IMG/VR virus record: IMGVR_UViG_3300032246_001270
DNA: 64,000 nucleotides
Origin: a virus
Direction: 5' to 3' (one strand)
In this document: one piece after another, positions 20,733 through 33,600 of the stretch
How the letters are laid out: each line of letters begins with the position of its first letter
How positions within the stretch are numbered: the first letter of the stretch is position 1
The notes under the pieces: model-generated
Told to the model about the DNA's origin: nothing
What the model saw: the letters and a program-made list of their open reading frames with translations, nothing else
The model's database searches: none
Translations under genes and position numbers: made by a program

Positions 20733-21656
20733 TTATTCATTTGCACTTTCTAACAAAGAAAGATTCACAGTTAAGTCAGTTGAGCCAGATACTATAAAAC
20801 CATATGTTTGTTCTAATACTAATTTACCAGCAACAACAGGAGATAATGAATCTGCAGGTGGTATGGTTGCGTTAGTTACCAATGCTATTGCATCTTGTGC
20901 AACAAGAATTGGAGATTCAATTGTAGCTTTAATAGTATCTATTAAAGAATTCACCACATATATAGAAGCTGAAATTCCAGCATTTGTTCCAGCATTAAAC
21001 CCTGTTAATACAGATTGAGTAACTCCACTTTGAAATAATATCGGAGAGTTGGCTGAACCTGTTGTTGATTGATTTTTTATAATTTGATTGGATAATGTTT
21101 TTAAATAATTTAGGGAAAATATAGATGCAGAATATTCCGCCGAATATGGTGTAAGTACGGATACACCATTTTTAGTAAAATATGCTTTTGCTGCTTTATT
21201 TGTTCTAATTGTTTTATTATTAGTAATATCATATTTTATTGCATCTACATTATTTAGTGTAGTAGTTTCAAAATATGATGATACAAAATCATATGGAGTT
21301 TCTGATAAACTATTTTGATATTGTGTGTAAGCTGCTATTTCTTTTCTTAAAAATTGTCTATTTGCATTAAGTAATAACGATGCACTAGCAAAACTACCAC
21401 TAAAATTTAATAAAGATACAGAAGAACTAATAAAAGAACTACCGCTATATATTGTACCAAATTGAGGTACAGGTATTTCTTTATTTGATGTTACTAAAAT
21501 TGTTACAGGTAAAGTTACTAAACTATTATTTGTAATTTGACAAGCCAATACAATTGAAGATACACCATTTGGTGTTGTATATATTTGGTCTTGCTCTCCA
21601 GTCAATCCAGTTATTACTGATTGAAATCGATTTAAAGGTACGAATACTTGTGCCAT
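20733..21656 (-). CDS. Beta-sandwich connector protein with one inserted helical domain
   Basis: N-terminus (IYTTP..SIVLACQITN) and C-terminus (LVTNATIP..GKLVLE..VNLSLLE) match 6696..7028; the middle resembles one repeat unit of the 4021-aa protein. Confidence 0.75.
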   Translation of the reverse strand: MAQVFVPLNRFQSVITGLTGEQDQIYTTPNGVSSIVLACQITNNSLVTLPVTILVTSNKEIPVPQFGTIYSGSSFISSSVSLLNFSGSFASASLLLNANRQFLRKEIAAYTQYQNSLSETPYDFVSSYFETTTLNNVDAIKYDITNNKTIRTNKAAKAYFTKNGVSVLTPYSAEYSASIFSLNYLKTLSNQIIKNQSTTGSANSPILFQSGVTQSVLTGFNAGTNAGISASIYVVNSLIDTIKATIESPILVAQDAIALVTNATIPPADSLSPVVAGKLVLEQTYGFIVSGSTDLTVNLSLLESANE

Positions 21657-21675
21657 TTTTTTATTTTTTCTTTTT

Positions 21676-24600
21676 TTATATTTGTAGTGCTAATGAGAAT
21701 GGAGTTACTAATGAGAATAGAGATTTACTAAATGTTCTACCTACAAGAGTACCAGTTGCTTGATTAATACTCAAACCAGTACCAATTCTAAAGTCACCAT
21801 CCTGATTACCTGATGTAAAGTATATTCTACCTCCTGCTAATTGAGTAATTTCGTATATTGGATTTGCAACACCACTACCACCCTGATTTGGAGGAAGTGC
21901 TTTGAACGTTACCCCACTACCATTATACGAATAGTCAATACCTGTTGCTACAATTAGAGAACCAAATGATACCAATGGTGCGCCAGCTGCTATAAATTCT
22001 GCTTTAGTTCTTAGATAACGATTTGTTTCCAAAGTTTCTAATTTTTGAGAAGAAATTACTGCTTGTGCACTTCCGTATTGTCCATCATAATATGAAGATG
22101 CTGCTGCAATACCTCTTTCATTTCCACCATATAATAAATCAGTAACACACGCATCTACAATAAATCCAGTATCACGTGAACAACTTGCTTCATTATATAC
22201 TAAATATGGAAATGCTCCATTTGTATATCCAATTGCTCTTTGTTTTAATTCATCTTTACTACCTTTTAATCTTTCAGCTGCTTGTCTTCTCTTAGTAGCC
22301 GGTGCTAAATAAGTTAATACAGTATTTGCTACTATTTTTTCAGATATTCCTCTTGCAAAGTTAATACCATCTAAAGTTTGCTTTTTCTGTCCATTATTAT
22401 CGCCATAACTATCCAAAATTGCTACTGATGGGAATTTGTAATAATAAGAACCTGCTTCAATACTTCTTTCATTACCACCATAAACTAAGTCGGTTCTAAT
22501 TGCATCTATAATAAATCCTAAATCTCTACTACAACTTACTTCATTATATTTTAAATTACTCCAAGAAGAACTTAAGAATGTTATTGTTTCTTTTTGTATT
22601 AGTTGTTTGTTATCTGTCAATAATTTTGCCGTTGTTAATAGAGATGCAGATGGTACTAAATAAATTGGGTTATTTATTATTTTTTTAGATAATTTTCCAG
22701 CATATCTAATACCAGTAAGAGTTGGGTCTAATTGATTTTGTGTTGATGGTACACCTTTATTAATTGCATTAGAAGGATATAAGTAATAATACTGTCCTGC
22801 TATCACAGTTCTTTCTTGTCCGCCATATAGTACATCTGTTGCTGCTGCATCTATCAAGTATCCAACATCTCTTTTACAAGTTGTTTGATTATAATATACA
22901 CCACTCCAAGAAGAAGATACATATGCAATAGTTTCTTCTGCTACAAATGCTTTATTTTTTCTTAATAAATCAAATGATGCCGATGCCTCTAATGATGCTG
23001 TTACAAATATAGTACCTCCTACAATTTTTTGTGCTATTCTACTTGCGTAGTTTATACCATCAATTGTTTGTCCTAATTGTCCAACACCATCACCATCTCC
23101 TAATAAGATTGCTTTAGATGGGTATTTGTAATAGAAGTCACCAGCTATTACACTTCTTTCATTTCCTCCGTATAATAAATCAGTAGTTGCTGCATCCAAT
23201 ATGTATCCTAAATCTCTAGCGCATTTTACTTTATTATATTCAAAATTACTCCAACTTGCAGTTAGGTAAGCCATACTTTCACTTACAATAAATGTTCTAT
23301 TATTTCTTAATAATGCTACGGATGATGAAACATCCAATGAAGCAGTATTGAATGAAAGATTTTGAACTAATTTAGTTGCTAAACCTTTTGCGTAATCAAT
23401 TGCTGTTATAGTTGGGTCTAATTGAGAACCAGTAACTTTTGATGGAACTTCCCAATATGAAATTCCAGCTAAAGAACTACTATGATTTCCACCATAAAGT
23501 ATATCACCAGCAACTGCTTCAACAATGTATCTAATATCTCTAGAACATACTGAGCTATCATATTCAAATCCACTCCAAGATGATGATAAGAATGCTATAC
23601 TCTCACTTTGAATAAATCCTATGTTTTTAGTTAATAAATCGTATGCAGCAATCTTTGATAAATTGTTTGATGGAGTTAAACCACTCGATTGAGATACAGG
23701 TGTAGGTATTAACCAATTGTTTATAGAAGCAGATACTAATCTACCTGCGTATTTAATTCCATCTATTGTTTCCGTTAATTGAATACCAGTAGCCTCCGAT
23801 GGATATAAGTAATAAAACTCTCCAGCTTTAGAACTTCTTTCATTTCCACCATATAGTAAATCAGTTGATACCGCATCTAAGATATATCCAACATCTCTCT
23901 TACAAGTTTCTTCATTGTAGTAGAAATCAGGGTATTTAGCGTTTATATAAGCAACACTCTCACTTTGGATAAACTTCTTATTATTTCTAATTGAATTATA
24001 AGAATTTATAGTAGAAGATGAAGTTACATAGAATTGTGCATTTTTAATTACATTTAATGCCAATCCTTTTGCGTATCTAACACCAGTTAAAGTTGGTTCT
24101 AATTGAGAATCGGTAGCTTGTGATGGATAATCATAATAATATCTACCAGCTACTACACTTCTTTCATTTCCACCATACAATAAATCCGTTCTTACTGCAT
24201 CTATAATGTATCCAATATCTCTAGCACATTTAATTTCATTATATCCAAACTCACTCCAAGAAGAACTTACATAAGCTATACTTTCACTTTGAATAAATGC
24301 CTTATTTTTAGTAAGTGCTTCAAACGATGCTGATATAGTAGCTGATGAAGATATATGGGTTAATAGGATGTTTTGTACAACATTTTCAGCCACACCACTT
24401 GCGTATTTTAATGCAGTTATAGTTTGGTCTAATTGTGAACCAGTAGCTTGAGATGGGAAATCAAAGTAGAACTTGCCATTAAACAAAGATGCTGAATTAC
24501 CGCCATATAAAAGGTCAAACGCAGAACCACTAAGAATTCCTACCAAATCTCTTTCACATTTACTTTGTGTATAATCAAATCCACTCCAAGAAGAACTCAT

Positions 24601-27600
24601 ATAAGCAATAGTTTCATCAACTATAAATTTAGAGTTGCTTACCAATAAATTATATGCCGAATTTATCTTTGCATTTGTATTTGCTATTGGATATGTTGAT
24701 GGTTTAAATGTAATAGAGCTTGTACCATTATTTAACAATACATCAATTACTAAAGATAAAGATGATGATATTAATTTACCCTGCAATCTTCCTCCTGCAC
24801 TTCCACTTATTAATTGTGATGTATTAGTTACTTTAATAGATGATGATACATTTGGTATAATTGTAGAAATCATACTAACCCCGTTTTCTACAATATCCAA
24901 AATAGTTCCAAAACCAGATGATACTTTATTTATTTCGAATTCTTCAGCAGTTTGTGTATTTACAATTGGTAATAATCCCGTCTTTGTAATTGAACCACTA
25001 GCATTTGTTACTAATTCAGGAATTGAACCAGTACCATTTGCAATTATATTAACTAAAGTTTCAAATGAAGAACTTGCAACATTTGTTTCAATTGGATAAG
25101 TCCCAGCTCCAATTGTTTGAGAATCAGAACTAATATTCCATAAGTTTGGATTATTTAAATTAAATCCATATAAAGATGAAAAATTAGAAACTAATGAATC
25201 AGGTAAAGATGAAGAATCATTTTTAATTATATCAGTAATTAAATTAAATGAAGAAGTAATTAAACCAATTTCAATTGTACTTGCCGCACTTGCTGATGTG
25301 ATTGGAGAAATATTATTTATTTTTATTCTACTTTCAACATTTGATATGATTGTTGGTTCTACACTAACTCCACCTTTAATAATTTTAGTCACAGTACTAA
25401 ATGATGAAGAAACATTTGTTATTTCGTTAGAACTTCCACTATTAGCAGATATAAATTGAGTTACATTAGATACTTTTATATTTCCATCAGTATTTGTAGT
25501 TAGTATTGGAGAATTTAATTTAATATTTTGAGCTATTGCTTTAGATAATGCTTTTGCATAATCAACACCAGCAACAGTTTCTCTAACTTGAGTACTCTTT
25601 GTTGCTAATGATGGATATAAATAATAGTATTGTCCAGCTATAATACTTCTTTGATTTCCACCATATAAAGTATCAGTTATAACTGCATCTAAGATATATC
25701 CAACATCACGTCTACATTTTTCTCTTAAGTAAACTAAGTTAGGGAAAAAGGCATCTATATATTGTACAGTTTCATTTTGTATAAACTTCTTATTCTGTCT
25801 TAATAAACTAACTGATGATGTTACAAATCCAGTTGGAGATATTAATACTTTATTTGCTACCACATTTTGTGCAGTACCAGCTACATAATTTATTCCATCA
25901 AGTGTAGGGCCTTTTTGTGTTGCTGCTGTTGGTGAAATAGAACCAGTCAAAATTGCTGCTGATGGGTATAGGTAATAGTATTCGCCTGCTTTAGAACTCC
26001 TCTCATTACCACCGTACAATAAATCCGTTCTTACTGCATCTATAATATATCCAATATCTCTCTTACAAGTTGTTTCATTATAATAAAATCCATCATCACC
26101 ACTCCAAGAAGAAGATAGATAAGCAATTGATTCACTTTGTATAAATTTCTTATTATCAATTAATAAATTAAATCCAGTTAATTCAGATGTTGTTGGTGAT
26201 TGTAATAATAAATTTTCTACAATTTTTTCAGTAATTCCTTTAGCGTATTTTATACCATCTAAAGTTTGATTTAATTGTCCACCAGTATCACCATCATTAC
26301 CTTCTGTTGCTAATGAAGGATATAAGTAATAATACTCCCCAGCTTTAGCTACTCTTTCGTTACCACCATAAAGAATATCAGTTGCTACTGCATCTAATAT
26401 ATAACCAATATCTCTTTTACAAGTAGTTTGGTTATATGGGAATGAACTCCAAGAAGAAGATAGATATGCAATAGTTTCATTTTGTATAAATCCTTTATTA
26501 TTGAATATTAATTCGTATGCAGTAACATTAGAATTTGATGCTGATACAAATATTAAATTCTTTAACACACTATCAGTTAAATCTTTTGCGTATTTAATTC
26601 CACTTAATGTAGGTCCCAATTGAGATGTTGTAGCTTGTGATGGATATTGATAGTAGAACTTTCCAGCATTTATACTTCTTTCATTACCACCATAAACTAT
26701 ATCAGTTGTTACTGCATCTAAGATATATCCAACATCTCTTTTACAAGTTGTTTGATTGTAAGATGCCGTACTCCAACTTGCCGAAATGTAACTTATAACT
26801 TCGTTTTGTATAAATTCTCTATTGTTATAAATTAATTCTTTTGCTTGTAATTTATTTTGCGATACTTTTGTAAATGTATTTCCTTTAAGAATTTTAAATG
26901 CAACATCTCTAGCATATTGGATACCAGTAACAGTCTCCTGTATTTGTGACCCCGTTGCTTCAGATGGATATAAATAATAGAATACTCCAGCATTTACACT
27001 TCTTTCGTTTCCACCATATAATAAATCGGTAGAAACTGCATCTATGATATGCCCAATATCTCTTTTACAAGTTGATTCAATATATTGGTGTGTACTCCAA
27101 GATGAACTTATATATGGTATTACTTCATTCTTAATAAACTCTTTGTTATTAACCAAAAGAGTATATGCATTTTTAATTTGTGCCGATTGCGTTACAAATT
27201 GAGTGTTTAATACTAATTTTTGTGCTAAACGTGATGCGTATTTAATACCATCTAATGTTTGGTTTAATTGTGCCCCTTGTGCTTGAGATGGAAATTCATA
27301 ATAAAATTTACCATTAAATACAGATGCTGAATTTGCATTAAATATTAAATCTTCTGCAGAACCACTAAGTATAAATTTCAAATCACGCTTACACTTATTT
27401 TCATCATAAGATGCTGTTGACCAAGACGAACTCAAATATGCAATACTTTCCGATACTATGAAATCTAAGTTATTTTTTAAAATAGTATAAGCTGCTATTA
27501 TATTTGAAGATGATATTGATGATGTATATAAAGTTACAATTGGTAAAGAATCAATACCATTTGCTATTATATTTGTTACAATAGAAATAGATGCTGATAT

Positions 27601-30600
27601 TGCGTTAGCTTCGGTTTGTGTTGCTGGCGTTCCTCCTAAATATTGAGTAGCATTAGTTACTTTAATATTATTTACATTTGAAGTAATAGTAGGTAATGAA
27701 CCAGTACCATTTTCTAATATGTTTATAATTTTATCAAAACTTCCAGATATATTTCTTGCTAATGAAGATGATATAATTACCGAAGATGTAAATTGATTTG
27801 TATTTGTTATCTTTACTAATGAATTGGTATTTTTTACTAATGTAGGCAAAGAACCAGTACCATTTTCAACAATATCCAAAACAATATCAAAACTATTATT
27901 TGAAGCTGTCAGATATGTTAATGCTATTGATGCAGTTGTTAAATATCTATTTGTTGCAGTTCTTCTAATTAAAGAATTTACATTTGTTACAATAGTTGGT
28001 AATGAACCTGTACCATTTGCTACAATATCAATTACCGTATTAAATCCAGTACTTACTTTTATTATTTCGGAAATAGTAGGAGTTATTGATGATGTTATTT
28101 GTTCACCACCTAAAACATTTACACCTTTATTTGTATTCTTAACAATATTTGTTGGTATTGAACCAGTTCCATTTGATAAGATATTAAGTATGTTACCAAA
28201 TGAAGATGATACAATATATTTATCATTTGTTTCTACATATATAGATGATGTAATTTGCTGAGCCGTAGTTACTTTAATTCCTGCTTCAGTATTTAATACT
28301 ACATTAGGTGCTGAATTACTTCCACTTTCAATTACTTTGGATACAATATTAAAACCATCTTCTATTGATTTTCCACCAATTGCTACCAATTTTGCTAAAC
28401 CTTTTGTAAAGTTTAGTGAATCAATTGTTTCTTTGGATTGAACTCCAGTAGCTTGAGATGGGTATAAATAATAGAATCTTCCAGCAGTTATACTTCTTTC
28501 ATTTCCACCATAAACCAAATCTGTAATTATAGCATCTACAATAAATCCAGTATCTCTATAACACTTACTTTGGATATATTGTAAATTAGGATATGTTTCA
28601 TTTGCATAATCAAGAGTATTTTGTTGTAAGAATACTCTATTAGTTTTTAATAAACTTGCAACGTTTAATACTTCAGTAGATGGTGCAGATAATACAATAT
28701 TTTTAATTATATTTTGTACTACTTGATTTGCGTAATTTACTCCAGTTATAGTTGGGTCTAATTGTTGTGTTACGGAAGGTACTCCACCTACAATTGCTGC
28801 CGATGGGTATCTATAATAATATTCTCCAGCAAATCTAGTTCTTTCGTTACCACCATAAACCAAGTCAGTTCTAACCGCATCTAATATATATTTTGTATCT
28901 CTTAAACACTTAGCCTGATTGTATTCTGCTTCACTCCAAGAAGAACTTACATAAGCTACAACTTCATTTGCAATTAGGTTTTTGTTTCTTAATATTAAAT
29001 TACTTGCATTTACTTTATTTCCATCAGCTGAAACGAATACTGAACCAGTAACAATCTTTTGTATCATTCTACTTGCGTAGTTGATACCATCTAAAGTTGG
29101 AAGTAATTGTGAACCAGTTGCTTGAGATGGATATAGATAATAAAATATACCAGCGTTTCTACTTCTTTCATTTCCACCATAAACTAAGTCAGTTCTAATT
29201 GCATCTATAATATACCCAACATCTCTTTTACAAGTTGATTCAATATATGCCTGCTCACTCCAAGAAGAACTTAAATAAGCGATTGTTTCATCCTGTATGA
29301 ATACTTTGTTGTTTATTAATAAAGATGCCGCATTTAGGATATTAACCGATGCTGTGTTGAATTGTACATTTTGAATTACCTTTTGTGCTAAACGTGATGC
29401 GTAGTTGATACCATCTAATGTTTGTTGAAGTTGAGCTCCTTGCGCTTGTGATGGAAATTCCCAATAGAATAAACCATTAAATACAGATGCGGAATTTGCG
29501 TTCCATATTAAGTCTTCCGCAGAACCACTCAATATAAATCCTAAATCACGTCTACATTTAGTTTCATCGTAAATAAATCCAGCCCAAGAAGAACTTAGAT
29601 ATGCAATAGTTTCATTTTGAATAAATGGAATATTGTTTTTGAGAATTTCGTAAGCTGCTACACTATTAGATGATGTTACTCTATTTGTATATGTTTGGAA
29701 AGCAGGTGCTGAAAACTCACCACCTTCAATTATGTTTGTTACTATTGATATTGATGATGATATAAAGTTTACATTATTTGCACTTGCCGAATAAGATGAA
29801 GAAATATATTGTGATGTATTTGTTACTTTAATACTTGCACTTACGTTTGATGTAAGAGTAGGTACAAAAGATAACCCACCTTCTAATATATCGGTGATTA
29901 CTTTTATTGAAGAACTTAATTGTGTACTTTGAGTATTTGTTCCATAATAACTAGAACCAGTTATGTATTGTGGTGTGTTAGTTACTTTTACATTTGAGTT
30001 TAGATTTGATACCAATGTACCCAATGAACCAGTACCATTTGTTATTATAGTTGCTACATATGCAATTGATGCTGATATCAAATTATCAACTGAACCACTA
30101 ACTGCTAATGAAGCTGTTATTTGTGGTGTTCCAGTTACAGCTATTGCATTTGCTTGAGATGCGGTAAATAAAGGTTCTGCTACTACACCACCACCAATAA
30201 TAGTATTTACAATATCAAAATTTCTACCAATTGTATTTACTTCATTTGATGTTGTATTGGATGAAGTTATTTGAGAATCATTAGTTACACTTAATGCATT
30301 ATATTTGTTCCAATTTAATCCAGTATTTTTAGCTAATAAATATTTAATTGAACTCAATCCTTTTGCTACAATTCCTTCTATAATTGAGAATGAATTGCCA
30401 ATAGAAGTTTGTTGAGTTATTGAACCACTAAATGAAGATGTTATATTTGATAAAGATGATGCTCTAAAATTTCTCTCATCATTATAAACAATACGTGGTG
30501 TATCTAATATTTGATTTTGAACAATAGTATCTCCAATAATTTTTGCATATTTAACACCAGCAATAGTTGATGTTCTTTGAGTTGTAGTTGCTAAAGATGG

Positions 30601-33600
30601 AAAATCATAATAGTATCTACCAGCGGTTACACCTCTTTCAATTCCACCATATAATAAATCCGTTGCTACATTATCAACAATATATCCAACATCTCTTTTA
30701 CAAGTTGCTTGATTATATTTTAAATTTGGAAATGCAACATTAATAAATTGAATTGTTTCGTTTTGAATTAATTCTTTATTTTTTATTAAATTATTATATG
30801 CTGATAATGTTGATACATCAGGGGTTGTAAATGTTTTTTGTTTTAATAAATTATCAACTAACCCACTAGCATATCTAATACCGTCTGTTGTTTGTCCTAA
30901 TTGCCCAACACCATCACCATCTCCTCTTACAATTGCTAAAGATGGGTATTGATAATAATATTGACCGGCAGTTATACTTCTTTCATTTCCACCATATTTT
31001 GTATCAGTTGCTACTGCATCTAATATATATCCGGTATCACGTCTACACTTTGCTTCATTATAATAAAAATTAGACCAAGATGATGATAAATAAGTTATTA
31101 CCTCATTTTGTATAAATGTTTTATTATCTCTAATAGTAGTCCAAACATCATATACTTCAGTTGTTGGTTCTACATAAATGTTACCTCTAATTAAATTTAA
31201 TGAAACTCCAGCTGCATGTTTCATAGCAGTTAATGTTGGTCCTAATTGTGTTGTAGTTGCCTGAGATGGGTATTGATAATAAAATAAACCATTTCTAATA
31301 CTTTCCTCATTTCCACCATACAACAAATCTTTTGCTACACCATCTATAATATAGCCAACATCTCTTTTACAAGTTTCTTCTGGATATGAAAACCCACTCC
31401 AAGATGATGATACAAATTGTATTACTTCATCTTTAATAAATTCTTTATTATTTACTAATATTTCGTATGCTGTTACAATATCAATATTTGTTTTAGCAAC
31501 CGAACCACTTTGTATTATAGCTGGGTATGTTAATGTATTTTTAATTAAATCAAATGGAGTTGTAGATGAATTTACTATTTCAATCTTACCACCCATTGAG
31601 CTTTTGTTTTGAGATACATAATATAATTTGTTTGGTGCATTATATGGTACAGTAAAAGTTATTGTTCCTCTACTATCTCCATTATTTACAACACCAATAT
31701 TATAATCATATGTATCAGTAATACCTTCTAATTGTTGAGTTCTTATCCAAAATGGATATTCAATTCCACCGGATTTTTCTACGGCACTTACGTTAAATTT
31801 GTAAGTCTGTCCTCTAAATAAAGTTAATGTAGGATTACTACCAATTCCATCAAAATCAAATGAAGAACTATTGTTATTTGTTATTACAAAAGATTTTTGA
31901 TGATTAACAGGTATTGGTAAAATATTACTTCCAGTACCATTTGCTAAAATATTATAAACAATACTAAAACTTGCACTTATTGAATTTATTGTTTCTAAAG
32001 ATGATGTTACACCTAACATTATTTGTTCAGTATTTCCTGCTTTAATACTAGCGCTTGTATTTGCTATATAAGTTGGTTTAATAGAAATACCTTTTGAGAT
32101 AATATTAATTATTGTACCAAACGATGAACTGACTGATGCAGTGTAGTTTGTTGCAATATTTGCTATTGGTTCAATTACATCATTACCAATTTGTTTACTA
32201 GCACTTGTATTAGATTTAAAATTAAATGAACCAGTACCATTTCCTAATATACTTAAAATAGCTGCATAAGATGAACTAATAGTATTTAAATCATATTGAG
32301 TAGCTGATATAGATGATGTTATTTGTTCTGCTCCTAAAATATTATATGGAGAATCAAATCCATATCCTTTTATCGAACTTTTTGCTAATAGGGTTGGAAA
32401 ATTAGTTACACCCTTATCAACAATTTCACTTATTAATCTATAATCAGCTGATATTTCATCTGCTGCAGTTGTTGATAATTCTGTACCAGCTGATACTATA
32501 CTTTGTGTATATAATGCAGGTGATGATAATCGAATACCTTCTGCTGTATTTAATTTTGTTATTGTTGGTAATCCTTTTTCTAATCCTTTATTTAATACAT
32601 CAACAACACAACCCCAAGTTGCTCTTACCGAATCTCTTGCAGCTATATTACCACCACTACCAGAAATAAAACGAGAACCAGACGCATACATACCATACAA
32701 ACCAAACGAAATATTTGAGTTGTTTAGCGTAGCGTGTCCACCATTATTTACTCTAATTGCATAATATGAGAAGTTATTAAAAAAAGATACCAGCTGAATG
32801 AATCCTCTACCATTAACTAAACATCCCACACCATTTGGAGAAATTTGCGTATAAGCATCCAATACCATTGAAGCCAATGGAGAATCTGGGTCTATCACAT
32901 CACCATTAACATAAAGACCACCACCACCTGGCGGAATTTCTTCATAAAGTTCCGTAAATGAATTCTCTTGATTGGAAATCTGCGAGCAGTTCTGAACGTA
33001 TGGAGATGTTGTAATAAATGCACCAGGTTGGAAGGCCACAGCAAAACCTCTTTCAGGATTTACTTGGTCTGGATATAATCTCAAGCCCCCCATTGTCACT
33101 TCCGCAATATAACATCCAGAGTTTACTAAAAATAAATCATATGTAGGGTTTTTAGCGTTAATTTTGGTAATACGCAAACCAGCACCCCAAATGGTTGTAT
33201 TCTTAGGAAGTATCACAGGATTATCTTCTAAATAGGTTCCCGCTTGAACTTTAATTACATATCCATTGTATATTGAACCGGTATCAAAACCATATCTACC
33301 ATCATAGCCAGGTGTTGATAATGCAGCTGCTCTTTTAATTGTACGAAGCGGATACTGAATACTTCTACCATCGTTATTATCATTACCATCAGTAGAAGAT
33401 ACATAAAGTGTTGGTAAATTAGCACCAAAGTCTTTTGCAAGAATATCAGCATATCTTTGTGTATTTACTGCATTTAATGTATTTGAAGATGTTACAGAAA
33501 GAATTGTATTTGGTGCTGCAGTTTTTAATATACCATCAATGGTCAAAGAACCCGTAAGAAATATTGAGCCGGTTATTTCGTTAAAAGAGCCCGTATTAGT

